Source: Salinivirgaceae bacterium (GTDB lineage Bacteria; Bacteroidota; Bacteroidia; Bacteroidales; SZUA-534). Taken from it: a stretch of DNA of 64,000 nucleotides. The notes under the pieces were generated by a model. The model made no database searches, had not been told where the DNA came from, and saw only the letters and a program-made list of their open reading frames with translations. Made by a program: the position numbers and the translations under genes. How positions within the stretch are numbered: position 1 is the stretch's first letter; each line of letters opens with the position of its first letter. The stretch covers positions 1 to 64,000 of the forward strand of contig JAKSOL010000003.1 of the NCBI GenBank assembly GCA_024405635.1, read 5' to 3'. Positions 39,169-49,181 of this stretch are shown one piece after another.

Positions 39169-39672
39169 CTAAAAAATGATGCGCAAAAAAGCTATTGTAA
39201 TACCAACCGAAACTGCCAACTTAAGCACAATTCCGCTTAGTATGCCCATAAACGAGCCTAATGCTGCATATAGAGCAGAGTCGTTGCTAGTGTTGCTATT
39301 CAGTTTTTCGCCAATAAATGCGCCCAAAAACGGACCAACTATAATGCCAATTGGCCCAAAAAACAATCCGATAATAATGCCAATAGTGGCTCCCCACGCG
39401 CCTTGTTTTGTGCCTCCAAATTTTTTTGTGCCAATTATAGGTACAACATAATCGAGCACTGTTACCGCAATCATAAGCAACGCCCAAACAACAAGTGTTG
39501 TTGCACCAAAATGCCCCCAACGGTCAGTAAACCAAATGCATGGCAAAGCAAGCCAACTCAAAAGCGGACCAGGAATAACTGGCACCACACAACCAACTAA
39601 ACCAATTAGCAGCAAACCAATGCTGAAAAAAAGCAGTAAATAGTCAAAGTATTGAAATAAGTCAATTCCCAT
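39169..39672 (-). CDS. DUF456 family membrane protein
   Basis: VPVIPGP, GTKKFGGTKQG, GPFLGAFIGE. Confidence 0.85.
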   Translation of the reverse strand: MGIDLFQYFDYLLLFFSIGLLLIGLVGCVVPVIPGPLLSWLALPCIWFTDRWGHFGATTLVVWALLMIAVTVLDYVVPIIGTKKFGGTKQGAWGATIGIIIGLFFGPIGIIVGPFLGAFIGEKLNSNTSNDSALYAALGSFMGILSGIVLKLAVSVGITIAFLRIIF

Positions 39673-39696
39673 ATCAGTTAAATAGATGTTGTTAGA

Positions 39697-40359
39697 TTAC
39701 CATTCAATAGGTTCAATTCCGTGCAATTTTAGGTATTCGTTTGCTCGGCTAAAATGATGGTTGCCAAAAAAACCGCGCGAAGCCGATAGTGGCGAAGGGT
39801 GAACCGACTCAAGTACCAAGTGCTTGCTTTTGTCAACCATTGCAGCCTTTGCTTGTGCGTATGCCCCCCAAAGTATAAACACAACGTGTTCTTTTTGATT
39901 GGCCACAGTGCTAATTACCGCATCGGTAAAAGTTTCCCAACCTTTTTTCTGATGCGATCCTGCCATATCGGCTTTAACGGTAAGAGTTGCGTTAAGTAGT
40001 AGCACCCCTTGTTTTGCCCAACGAGTAAGGTCGCCGCTCAAAGGTACAGGTGCGCCAATGTCGTTTTTTATTTCTTTGAAGATGTTTTTTAACGATGGAG
40101 GAAAAGGCACGCCATCTTGTACCGAAAAGCTCAAACCATGAGCTTGTCCCTCGCCGTGGTAAGGGTCTTGTCCAATAATTACCACCTTAACATTATTAAA
40201 CGGACAGCAGTTAAATGCGTTGAAAATTAAATTGCCCGGTGGATAAATGCGAGTAGTTTGGTATTCGTGACGAACAAAATTGGTAAGTTGCTGAAAATAA
40301 GGTTTATCAAACTCAACTTGCAGGCGTTCTTTCCACGATTCTTCAATTTTAACTTCCAT
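39697..40359 (-). CDS. ung: Uracil-DNA glycosylase
   Basis: GQDPYH, PPSLKNI, GVLLLN, HPSPLS; start MEVKIE. Confidence 0.97.
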   Translation of the reverse strand: MEVKIEESWKERLQVEFDKPYFQQLTNFVRHEYQTTRIYPPGNLIFNAFNCCPFNNVKVVIIGQDPYHGEGQAHGLSFSVQDGVPFPPSLKNIFKEIKNDIGAPVPLSGDLTRWAKQGVLLLNATLTVKADMAGSHQKKGWETFTDAVISTVANQKEHVVFILWGAYAQAKAAMVDKSKHLVLESVHPSPLSASRGFFGNHHFSRANEYLKLHGIEPIEW

Positions 40360-40488
40360 AAAAAACAATGTTGATATGATAGCAAAGTTATTGTAATAGT
40401 TTGAAAAATGCCCACCTTTCAACCGCCTGCGGTGCATAAAACGCGCTAAACTAATTGTTTCAAAGTGTGTTTAATTGCTTAAAGCACT

Positions 40489-40496
40489 TAATTTTG
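40489..40496 (+). promoter_or_regulatory. -7 promoter (TAATTTTG) for the glmM operon
   Basis: TAnnTTTG 22 nt upstream of the ATG. Confidence 0.5.
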
Positions 40497-40518
40497 CGGT
40501 CAGTAAAAAAACATACGT

Positions 40519-41913
40519 ATGAGTTTAATAAAATCAATTTCGGGCATTCGCGGAACAATAGGCGATAAAATTGGCGAAGGCCTAAGCCCAATAGATATTG
40601 TAAAATTTACAGCAGCCTATGCACAATGGGTAAAAGAGCAAAACGAACCAGGATTGCGCTTGCGCATTGTGGTAGGTCGCGACGCTCGCATATCGGGAGC
40701 AATGGTGGCTAACCTTGTAACTGGTACCCTTATGAGTATGGGCATGGATATTATTGACCTTGGTTTGGCAACCACGCCAACAACCGAATTAGCTGTGGTT
40801 GACTACGAGGCCGATGGCGGTTTAATTCTTACTGCAAGCCACAACCCAAAACAATGGAACGCACTAAAAATGCTTAATAATCAAGGCGAGTTTCTTAATT
40901 CAGAAGAGGGAAAACGCGTGCTTGAAATAGCCGAAAAAGACGCATTTACTTTTGCTCCTGTTGAGTTCCTTGGTCAGGTTACTGTCGATACCAATTTTGC
41001 ACAAAAGCACATTCAACAAGTTGTGGCATTGCGCCTTGTTGATGTTGAATTGATAAAAAAAGCCAACTTTAAAGTGGTGATTGACACCATTAACTCGGTT
41101 GGTGGTTTGGTTATACCAGATTTGCTACACGCTCTTGGTGTTAAAAACGTTATTGGTTTAAACACCGAACCTCACGGCGACTTTTCGCACACACCAGAGC
41201 CTCTGCCCGAAAACCTTGGGCAAATTTCGGCAGCAATGGTTGAATATAAAGCCGATGTTGGTTTTGTTGTCGATCCCGATGTGGACCGCCTAGCCATTGT
41301 TTGCGAAGACGGATCAATGTTTGGCGAGGAATACACACTTGTGTCGGTGGCCGATTATGTTCTTAGCAACCGAGCAGGAAACACTGTAAGCAACTTGTCG
41401 AGCACTCGCGCGTTGAGCGATGTAACCGCTCAATATGGCGGAACTTATTCAGCAGCAGCAGTTGGCGAGGTTAACGTGGTTGCAAAAATGAAAGAAACCA
41501 ACGCTATTATTGGCGGCGAGGGTAACGGTGGAGTTATTTATCCAGCTTTGCACTATGGTCGCGATGCTTTGGTGGGCATTGCGTTGTTCCTTACACATTT
41601 GGCAAAATCAAAACTCAAATGCACCGAATTGAAGGCACAATATCCAGCTTACCACATCTCAAAAAACAAAATTCAACTTACACCACAAGTTGATGTTGAT
41701 GCAGTGCTTGCTGCAATGAAAAAGAAATACGCAAACGAACGCGTTAACGACATCGACGGTGTGAAAATTGATTTTGCTAACGAGTGGGTTCACCTCCGTA
41801 AATCGAACACCGAGCCTATTATTCGTATTTATGCCGAAAGCAAAAACGAAGAAGCCGCCGACCAATTGGCTCAAAAAATAATGGGCGAGATTAAACAAAT
41901 AGCAGGTATTTAG
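40519..41913 (+). CDS. glmM: Phosphoglucosamine mutase / phosphohexomutase
   Basis: SGIRG, TASHNP, DPDVDR, GGEGNG, RKSNTEP. Confidence 0.85.
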   Translation: MSLIKSISGIRGTIGDKIGEGLSPIDIVKFTAAYAQWVKEQNEPGLRLRIVVGRDARISGAMVANLVTGTLMSMGMDIIDLGLATTPTTELAVVDYEADGGLILTASHNPKQWNALKMLNNQGEFLNSEEGKRVLEIAEKDAFTFAPVEFLGQVTVDTNFAQKHIQQVVALRLVDVELIKKANFKVVIDTINSVGGLVIPDLLHALGVKNVIGLNTEPHGDFSHTPEPLPENLGQISAAMVEYKADVGFVVDPDVDRLAIVCEDGSMFGEEYTLVSVADYVLSNRAGNTVSNLSSTRALSDVTAQYGGTYSAAAVGEVNVVAKMKETNAIIGGEGNGGVIYPALHYGRDALVGIALFLTHLAKSKLKCTELKAQYPAYHISKNKIQLTPQVDVDAVLAAMKKKYANERVNDIDGVKIDFANEWVHLRKSNTEPIIRIYAESKNEEAADQLAQKIMGEIKQIAGI

Positions 41914-42335
41914 TGGGACGCATTTTGGCAATCGATTACGGGCGCAAACGCTGTGGCATTGCTGTTACCGACCCTTTGCAGATTATTGCAAACGGACTGC
42001 AAACAGTGCCTACTGCAGCGTTGATGGACTTTTTGCGCGACTACACAAACCGCGAAAAAGTTGATGTGTTTGTTGTTGGTTACGCAAAACATCTCGATTC
42101 TACCGATTCTGAATCGATGCAATACATCAACCCATTTGTGAAAAAATTGCAAGCCACTTATCCCAACATTCCCGTTAAAATGGTTGACGAACGCTTTACT
42201 TCAAAAATGGCTTTCCAAACCATGATTGATGGCGGAATGAAAAAGAAACAGCGTCAAGACAAAGCAATGATTGACACAATTAGCGCCACTTTGATTCTGC
42301 AATCGTACATGCAACAACAAACTTTTTTAAAATGA
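41913..42335 (+). CDS. ruvX: Holliday junction resolvase-like / pre-16S rRNA nuclease YqgF
   Basis: ILAIDYGRKRCGIA, DERFTS, IDTISATLILQ. Confidence 0.93.
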   Translation: MGRILAIDYGRKRCGIAVTDPLQIIANGLQTVPTAALMDFLRDYTNREKVDVFVVGYAKHLDSTDSESMQYINPFVKKLQATYPNIPVKMVDERFTSKMAFQTMIDGGMKKKQRQDKAMIDTISATLILQSYMQQQTFLK

Positions 42336-42889
42336 TACTACCAATCACAATTTACGGTAACCCGGTTTTGCGCCGCAAATCGCAACCAATTGACAAGAAT
42401 TATCCAGGGCTTAAAGAGCTTATTGCCAATATGTTCGATACTCTTAAAGTGTCGGAAGGTGTTGGCTTGGCTGCTCCACAAGTTGGAGTTAACATTCGTT
42501 TGGTGCTGATTGATGCAACTCCGTTTGCCGAGGACGATGCTAACTGCAAAGATTTTAAGTTGGCAATTATCAACCCCGAAATAATTGATTTTCCAACCGA
42601 CGAAGAGGAGTCGTTTGAAGAAGGTTGCCTTAGTCTTCCTGGTTTAAGCGAAGAGGTTTGGCGCCCCGATAAGGTTGAGTTAACTTACTATGACGAGAAC
42701 TTTGTTCAGCATCACGAAACTTGGGACGGAATGCGTGCTCGCATTTTCCAACACGAGTACGACCACTTGGAGGGTAAAATGTTTATTGACCACATTTCGG
42801 CAATAAAACGTCGTTTGTTAGGTGGCAAACTTAATGCAATGGCAAAGGGCAAAGTGTCGGCTCGATACAGAATTGTTCCAAACAAATAG
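42332..42889 (+). CDS. def: Peptide deformylase
   Basis: GVGLAAPQ, EGCLS, QHEYDH. Confidence 0.97.
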   Translation: MILPITIYGNPVLRRKSQPIDKNYPGLKELIANMFDTLKVSEGVGLAAPQVGVNIRLVLIDATPFAEDDANCKDFKLAIINPEIIDFPTDEEESFEEGCLSLPGLSEEVWRPDKVELTYYDENFVQHHETWDGMRARIFQHEYDHLEGKMFIDHISAIKRRLLGGKLNAMAKGKVSARYRIVPNK

Positions 42890-42906
42890 TTTACCATTTG
42901 TTTTAT

Positions 42907-42949
42907 AAAAAAAGCGCTGTAACTGAATAAGTTGCAGCGCTTTCTTTTT
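42907..42949. terminator. Bidirectional intrinsic terminator
   Basis: AAAGCGCTGTAACT / AGTTGCAGCGCTTT with A and T tracts, between convergent def and the TetR gene. Confidence 0.8.
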
Positions 42950-42987
42950 GTGGCGTGTTATAGTGCTATTGTTGGTTTGTTTTGCTT

Positions 42988-43602
42988 TTATTTATTGCGA
43001 TTTGTATCAACTTGATACTTAACCATATTTGCAATCCATTCAGGTATCATTTTTCGGCGAATATCCATCATGTAGTTAAATTGCTTGTCGTCCATGTCGC
43101 CAATGCATTGAATAAGAGGGCGAATAACAATTGGTCCCATAATCATTGCCAATGCGTTTGACATAACCTGTACTGCATCAACTTTGTCAGAGCCAGCAAA
43201 CTCGTGAACTTTCTTTTCAAAAGCCGAACTGGGTGTAAATGGTCGTATATTAATTTCAGCAAACTTTTCGGGCGATTTGCGCAATTCGGTTAGCATTACA
43301 ATAATCATTTGGTAGTTTCTAAGCCAAGTGTCGGTATAGTAATTAGAAATGCGGCCCAAAGTGGTTTCAAAATCCGATTTCTCGTCGTTGAAAAAATCGC
43401 GTAACGATTGGTTTATTGGTCCCAAAAAATCTTGCACAACAGCCCAAAACAATTGCTCTTTGCTCTGAAAGTGATAGTTTATAAGAGCAACATTAACGTT
43501 TGCCTCTAATGCAATGTCGCGAGTGCGTGCAGCATCGTATCCTTTTTGCTCAAATACGTGGCGGGCTGCAACTAGTATTTTTTCTTTAGTTTCTTGTGCC
43601 AT
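42988..43602 (-). CDS. TetR/AcrR family regulator
   Basis: KILVAARHVFEQKGY..TRDIA..ANVNVALINYHFQSKE. Confidence 0.93.
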   Translation of the reverse strand: MAQETKEKILVAARHVFEQKGYDAARTRDIALEANVNVALINYHFQSKEQLFWAVVQDFLGPINQSLRDFFNDEKSDFETTLGRISNYYTDTWLRNYQMIIVMLTELRKSPEKFAEINIRPFTPSSAFEKKVHEFAGSDKVDAVQVMSNALAMIMGPIVIRPLIQCIGDMDDKQFNYMMDIRRKMIPEWIANMVKYQVDTNRNK

Positions 43603-43624
43603 TTCTGCTTAAATAGAATTTACG

Positions 43625-43653
43625 CAAATCTAATATTTTAAACGGCCGTTTAA
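43625..43653 (-). promoter_or_regulatory. TetR gene promoter with palindromic operator candidate
   Basis: TAGATTTG (minus strand, 43625-43632) next to the perfect palindrome TTAAACGGCCGTTTAA (43638-43653). Confidence 0.65.
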
Positions 43654-43795
43654 TCGTTTTGCGCTGAAAAATGAAGATAAATTGAGGGTGGGAGAAAAAA
43701 TCTTAATTGTTGTAATTCAATAATAAATATTCTTGCCAATCACCATTCACAAAGGCATGTTTTTTGCTCAATTCTATGTATTAAGTACCAATAAC

Positions 43796-44608
43796 ATGAG
43801 CAAAGAGTTGACTTTTTCTGTAAAAACTCCCGAGTTTGAAATGGAGTATGCGCGTTTTGGCAATGGCCCCAAAGCATTAGTTATTATCCCAGGTTTGAGC
43901 ATAAAGAGTGTGGTGCGGTCGGCGGCGGCTATTAGGTCGGCATATAGCGTGTTTGAGTCGGAGTACACCATTTATCTTTTTGACCGAAAACTGCAATTGG
44001 GCAATGTGTATAATCTTGCAGAGATGGCCGACGATACAGTTGCAGCAATGCGAGCATTGGGGATAAATAAAGCCACAATTTATGGTACATCGCAAGGCGG
44101 AATGGTTGGGCAATATATTGCAATAAAATATCCCGAAGTTGTTGAAAATCTGGTTCTTGCTTCTTCATCATCAAAAGCACTGCCTTTGCAGTTAGAGGTT
44201 ATTGGCCACTGGACCGATTTGTGTGTTGAGGGAAAGGCTATGGAATTTGTTGAGGATTTTATTGACAATGCATTTTCAAAAAGTTACTTGGAGCGTTACA
44301 AACCTGTTTTGCTCAAAATGTATCGCAACGTAACAGCGGATGAATTGCAACGTTTTGCTGTACTTTCGGCAGCATGTGCGCATGTTGATACTTACAACGA
44401 TTTGGGGAAAATAAAATGCCCGGTTTTTGTTATTGGCGCAGCTCTTGATCATGTGGTGGGGGCCGAGGCTTCAACAATTATGTACGAAAAACTAAAGGCC
44501 GAAGGTGTGTCTTGCCAATTTTACATGTACAACGATTATGGCCATGCAGCTTTCGATGAGGCAAAAGATTATCGCCAACGCATTTATGATTTTTTGCAGA
44601 CAGTTTAA
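43796..44608 (+). CDS. Alpha/beta hydrolase
   Basis: GTSQGG nucleophile elbow, D (LDHVV), YGH. Confidence 0.88.
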   Translation: MSKELTFSVKTPEFEMEYARFGNGPKALVIIPGLSIKSVVRSAAAIRSAYSVFESEYTIYLFDRKLQLGNVYNLAEMADDTVAAMRALGINKATIYGTSQGGMVGQYIAIKYPEVVENLVLASSSSKALPLQLEVIGHWTDLCVEGKAMEFVEDFIDNAFSKSYLERYKPVLLKMYRNVTADELQRFAVLSAACAHVDTYNDLGKIKCPVFVIGAALDHVVGAEASTIMYEKLKAEGVSCQFYMYNDYGHAAFDEAKDYRQRIYDFLQTV

Positions 44609-44649
44609 ATTATAGCTGAGCAATTTTTTACAATCAATTTGATGCTCAA

Positions 44650-45282
44650 ATGGAAATAAAACCGATATACCTTGCCATTGTTGTAGGCGTTGTGGTTATG
44701 TTAGCCTACTTTTCGTGGTGTGCGCTCAAGATGAAATTGGGTGAGTTGCGTGTAAAACGAGCTAGAAAACATGGATTGGAAGTTGAAAAATACGCACCCG
44801 ATGTTTTGCGCAAAATGGGTTTCAGAGACATAGTAGAGCAGCCAGTTTACAACTATTCAATGAACATTGGAGGGCATAATGTTGAGGTTGAGCTTACCCC
44901 CGATATAATTGCAAAACGTCATGGGCGCACTTACATTATCGACATAAAAACCGGTGGCGTTGGTATGGTTGATAATGCTAAAACTCGTAGGCAACTGCTT
45001 GAATATTATACATATATACCAGCCGATGGGGTAATGATGCTCAATATGGACACCAAAGAACTACACGAGTATGATTTTCCGTACACTAAAGCAAGGTCGG
45101 CAAAGAATAATGCCATACTTAAAGCGGTGATGGGACTCTCGTTGTCGGTTTCGGCGTTTGCAGCCATATTGATGCCCAACAACCAGTTTGCAATTCAAAT
45201 AGCGTGCGGTTTGTTTGGTTTACTTTCAGCAATTTGCATCATATCGATTATAGTAAACGAGCGCAAAAGTTCAGCTAACTAA
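44650..45282 (+). CDS. Membrane-anchored protein with PD-(D/E)xK nuclease-like motif
   Basis: N-terminal TM, TPDII..YIIDIKTG, QLLEY, two C-terminal TM helices. Confidence 0.6.
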   Translation: MEIKPIYLAIVVGVVVMLAYFSWCALKMKLGELRVKRARKHGLEVEKYAPDVLRKMGFRDIVEQPVYNYSMNIGGHNVEVELTPDIIAKRHGRTYIIDIKTGGVGMVDNAKTRRQLLEYYTYIPADGVMMLNMDTKELHEYDFPYTKARSAKNNAILKAVMGLSLSVSAFAAILMPNNQFAIQIACGLFGLLSAICIISIIVNERKSSAN

Positions 45283-45941
45283 TTGTTGGTTGAGTTATTC
45301 TTGTACAAGTATTCAATATCAATGTCTTGTGTAAAAGTGGTTTGTTGGTTGCCGGGCATTGGCGCAGGTTTAGTAGGTTGAGTAACTAAACTGCTTTTGC
45401 GAAAAGCTAAAGCGAGGCACAATCCACCAATAGCACCAAGCAAATGGCCGTCCCAACTTATGTTGTTGTCTTGTGGCATCATTCCCCAAACCATTCCACC
45501 ATACTGAAAAACAACTAGTAGCGACAACACACGCAAAGGTCGTTCGTGACGTAGCAATCCGCTGAAAAACAGAAAGAAAGCCAAACCGTAAGTTAATCCG
45601 CTTGCTCCAATGTGAATAGCTGACCTGCCAAACAACCAAAGCAGTGTGCCCGACACCAACCAGTTGATTGCAAACACTTTGTATGCAATGTTTCGGTAAA
45701 AGTAAAATAGGGCAGTGCCAAGTAACAAAACGGCAACCGAGTTGTTGGCAATGTGACGCAAATCGGCATGCGCAAAAACCGATAGCAAAACACCGTGCAA
45801 CGAGTGTAGGTTGTGCGGTTTAATGCCAAGTGCGGTCATTCCGTGGCCGTTAGCTTGTGCAATGGTAAAAAATACCCACATGGCAAGTGTAAAGCAAAAC
45901 GGAGCAAACAATGCGTGTATCAGTCGGTTTGGTTTGTGCAT
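45279..45941 (-). CDS. Rhomboid family intramembrane protease
   Basis: HADLRHIANN, HIGASG, ISWDGHLLGAIGG; start MHKPN. Confidence 0.9.
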   Translation of the reverse strand: MHKPNRLIHALFAPFCFTLAMWVFFTIAQANGHGMTALGIKPHNLHSLHGVLLSVFAHADLRHIANNSVAVLLLGTALFYFYRNIAYKVFAINWLVSGTLLWLFGRSAIHIGASGLTYGLAFFLFFSGLLRHERPLRVLSLLVVFQYGGMVWGMMPQDNNISWDGHLLGAIGGLCLALAFRKSSLVTQPTKPAPMPGNQQTTFTQDIDIEYLYKNNSTNN

Positions 45942-45979
45942 GCAACAAAGGTAAGGAGTTTGGAAATTGCTGAGTAAAC

Positions 45980-46014
45980 AAAAAAAGCGAGCTACATTGT
46001 TGCAACTCGCTTTT
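45980..46014 (-). terminator. Terminator after der
   Basis: AAAAGCGAG...CTCGCTTTT with a U-tract on the minus strand. Confidence 0.6.
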
Positions 46015-46036
46015 GGTATTTTAACCGCCTGGCCAA

Positions 46037-47347
46037 TTACTTTTGGCGGAAGTAAATTTGAATTGGAACGCCGCAAAGGTCAAATTGTGCGCGCATTTTA
46101 TTTTCCAAATAACGTCGGTATGGGTCGCGAACATATTGTGGCAAGTTGCAGAAGAATGCAAACTGTGGCGACTGTGTTGGCAACTGAGTAACGTATTTAA
46201 TTTTAATGTATTTGCCTTTGAGTGATGGTGGTGGATAAGCATCAATAGCCTCAAGCATCACTTGGTTTAGTTGATTGGTAGGAATGCGTCGCGAGCGGTT
46301 TTCGTACACGTGCATTGCAGTTTCAACGGCTTTAAAAACACGTTGTTTGGTTAGAGCCGAAATAAAGATGATAGGCACATCGTTAAACGGAGCAAGTTTA
46401 GCGCGAATAGCTTCTTCGTATTCGTTGGTTATGTTTTTCTCTTTTTCAACCAAGTCCCACTTGTTAACCAAAATAACCACACCCTTACGGTTGCTTACAA
46501 TAAGGCTAAAGATGTTCATGTCTTGGGTTTCAAGACCGCGAGTGGCATCAATCATAAGCAAGCAAACATCGGCATCTTCAATTGAGCGAATGGCTCGCAT
46601 TACTGAGTAGAATTCAAGATTGTCTTCCACTTTGCCTTTTTTGCGAAGTCCAGCGGTGTCAATCAAATTAAACTCGTGTCCAAATTTGTTGTAAACGGTG
46701 TTAACCGAGTCGCGGGTAGTGCCAGCAATGTCGGTAACAATGTTGCGTTCCTCGTCGAGCAGAGCGTTTATAAACGACGATTTGCCAGCGTTTGGACGAC
46801 CAACCACAGCAATGTTTGGTAACTCGCGAGTAATGTCGTCGCTGTTTTTGTCTTTGTTAAACTTTTCAACAATGGCGTCCATCAAATCGCCAGTTCCAGA
46901 ACCGCTAACGGCTGAAATGGGATAAATTTCGCCCAATCCAAGTGCGTAAAACTCCGAAGCCATGTAGCCGCGTTCGGGGTTGTCAACTTTGTTAACTCCC
47001 ACTACAACAGGTTTTTTGCTGCGGCGAAGAATGTTTGCCACACCATCGTCGAGGTCGGTAACGCCATTTTTTACATCGGTTAAGAAAAGTATAACATCGG
47101 CCTCGTCAATTGCCAGCATAACTTGCTTGCGAATTTCGGCCTCAAAAATATCGTCGGAGTTGGTAACGTAACCGCCAGTGTCGATAATTGAAAAGTCGAT
47201 GCCGTTCCATTGCGCTTTGCCGTAGTGACGGTCGCGGGTTACGCCTGCTGTTTCGTCAATAATGGCTTTGCGCGATTCAATAATGCGGTTAAATAGTGTT
47301 GATTTTCCCACATTTGGACGGCCTACTATTGCTACAATATTTGCCAT
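46037..47347 (-). CDS. der: Ribosome biogenesis GTPase Der (EngA)
   Basis: Two GTPase domains, GRPNVGKS and GRPNAGKS; KH-like C-terminus. Confidence 0.98.
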   Translation of the reverse strand: MANIVAIVGRPNVGKSTLFNRIIESRKAIIDETAGVTRDRHYGKAQWNGIDFSIIDTGGYVTNSDDIFEAEIRKQVMLAIDEADVILFLTDVKNGVTDLDDGVANILRRSKKPVVVGVNKVDNPERGYMASEFYALGLGEIYPISAVSGSGTGDLMDAIVEKFNKDKNSDDITRELPNIAVVGRPNAGKSSFINALLDEERNIVTDIAGTTRDSVNTVYNKFGHEFNLIDTAGLRKKGKVEDNLEFYSVMRAIRSIEDADVCLLMIDATRGLETQDMNIFSLIVSNRKGVVILVNKWDLVEKEKNITNEYEEAIRAKLAPFNDVPIIFISALTKQRVFKAVETAMHVYENRSRRIPTNQLNQVMLEAIDAYPPPSLKGKYIKIKYVTQLPTQSPQFAFFCNLPQYVRDPYRRYLENKMRAQFDLCGVPIQIYFRQK

Positions 47348-47371
47348 AATGTTGTGTGTTTTAATAGTTTG

Positions 47372-48256
47372 TTATTGTTGTTTGTAGCCAAAGTAACGAA
47401 GGTTTTGTTCGTTGTCGCGCCAGTCTTTCTGCACTTTTACATATAGTTGCAGCATCACTTTTGAGTCAAAAAATGCCTCCATGTCTTTGCGGGCATCAAT
47501 GCCAACTTTTTTTAGTGCCGAACCTGCGTGACCAATTATTATGCCTTTTTGTGTTTCGCGTGCCACGTAAATTATGGCGCGAATGTGAGTGCATTCGGGC
47601 ATTTCTTTAAACTCTTCAACTTCAACCTCGCACGAGTATGGAATTTCTTTTTTGTAGTTCAAAAAGATTTTCTCGCGTATTATTTCCTGAGCAAAAAAGC
47701 GCTGAGTTTTGTCGGTCAGTTCGTCTTTGTCAAAAAATGGAGGGTTGATTGGCAGCAGTTCTTTGATACGGTTAAAAACTGCATCGGTGTTGAATTTATT
47801 AATGGCCGATACGGGGAAGATTGTTGCTTGTGGCAGTTCTTTTTGCCACATTTCAACCAACTCTTCAAGGTGTTGTTGGTCGGTGGTGTCAATTTTGTTT
47901 ATCAGCAACAAAACTGGCACGTTTGCTTTTTTCACTTTTTGCAAATAATCTTTGTTCTTGTCAAATGTTTCAAAAACATCGGTTACGTACAAAATAATGT
48001 CGGCATCAATAATGGCTGTGTCTACAAACTTAAGCATTGCGTCTTGCAACTTGTAGTGTGGCTTGAGAATACCTGGGGTGTCGGAATAAACCACTTGAAA
48101 ATCGTCGCCGTTTACAATGCCCATAATTCTATGTCGGGTGGTTTGGGCCTTGTTGGTTATTATGGACAAGCGTTCGCCTACAAAGGCGTTCATTAATGTT
48201 GATTTGCCCACGTTTGGATTTCCAATAATGTTTACAAAACCTGCTTTATGTTCCAT
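47372..48256 (-). CDS. era: GTPase Era
   Basis: GNPNVGKS, QTTR, DTPG, NKID, IIIG KH domain. Confidence 0.98.
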   Translation of the reverse strand: MEHKAGFVNIIGNPNVGKSTLMNAFVGERLSIITNKAQTTRHRIMGIVNGDDFQVVYSDTPGILKPHYKLQDAMLKFVDTAIIDADIILYVTDVFETFDKNKDYLQKVKKANVPVLLLINKIDTTDQQHLEELVEMWQKELPQATIFPVSAINKFNTDAVFNRIKELLPINPPFFDKDELTDKTQRFFAQEIIREKIFLNYKKEIPYSCEVEVEEFKEMPECTHIRAIIYVARETQKGIIIGHAGSALKKVGIDARKDMEAFFDSKVMLQLYVKVQKDWRDNEQNLRYFGYKQQ

Positions 48257-48418
48257 TTTGTTATTGGGGGATTTTATAGTTCCCCTATTAAAAAGTTATA
48301 CTTATTGAGAGCGAGTGTATGCTCCCTTAAATTTTGCGCAAAGATAAATAGTTTGGCGTTTTTATAAAGTGCCTATTGATAAACACTTGTGCTAGGTTGA
48401 TGCGGTGGTTTTTTGTGG

Positions 48419-49171
48419 CTAAAAGCGTTCAATTAGCAGCATTAGTATAAATCCGGCCAGCAATGCGTAGGTTGCTTGTTTTTGGTAGCCGTGAGTGTGG
48501 CTTTCGGGTATCATTTCGTCGCTAACAACATACAACATTGCGCCACCCGATAGTGCCAGCATTAGTGGCAATATTGATGCCGAAAGGGTGCCTAGCCCGT
48601 AACCTGTAAACACGCCAACAACTTCAAGCAGACCAATGGCAATTGCTATGATGAAGGTTCGCCAACGGCTTACGCCTGCTAGTAACAATGGCGATATTAT
48701 TACCATTCCTTCGGGTATGTTTTGCAGCGAAATGGCTATTGCTACACTAGCTGCATCGGCCGAACCTTCGCCACCAAAGCCAACTCCTGCGGCCATTCCT
48801 TCGGGAAATTTGTGCAAGGCTATTGCCATTACAAATAGCATTACACGATTAATGTGTTGATTGTTAGTGTGTTGCTCTTGCTCAATGCCGGTTATTGTGT
48901 GCAAGTGTGGAGTTAGTCGGTCGAGTAGGTTTAGCAGCATTACACCCAAAACAACACCCAAGCATGGCATCCATATTTGGCTCCATTGTGGGCATAGTTC
49001 AAACGCAGGCACAAGCAGTCCCAATACCGATGCCGAAAGCATTATTCCGGCGCATAGTCCAACTATTGTGTCGTTTGTTTTGTGGCTAACGTTGTTTATA
49101 AAATATCCTAATACTGAGCCAATTATAGTAGAGCTGCCTACGCCTATTGCTGTTGTGACTATTGCATTCAT
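48419..49171 (-). CDS. ZIP family metal transporter (GufA/ZupT-like)
   Basis: IALHKFPEGMA, LQNIPEG, EMIPESH. Confidence 0.9.
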   Translation of the reverse strand: MNAIVTTAIGVGSSTIIGSVLGYFINNVSHKTNDTIVGLCAGIMLSASVLGLLVPAFELCPQWSQIWMPCLGVVLGVMLLNLLDRLTPHLHTITGIEQEQHTNNQHINRVMLFVMAIALHKFPEGMAAGVGFGGEGSADAASVAIAISLQNIPEGMVIISPLLLAGVSRWRTFIIAIAIGLLEVVGVFTGYGLGTLSASILPLMLALSGGAMLYVVSDEMIPESHTHGYQKQATYALLAGFILMLLIERF

Positions 49172-49181
49172 TTTGATTTAG

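Noticed and set aside
47528-48196. 222-aa plus-strand ORF and similar overlapping short ORFs throughout the window
   Set aside because: These are antisense or alternate-frame shadows of conserved genes (here era).
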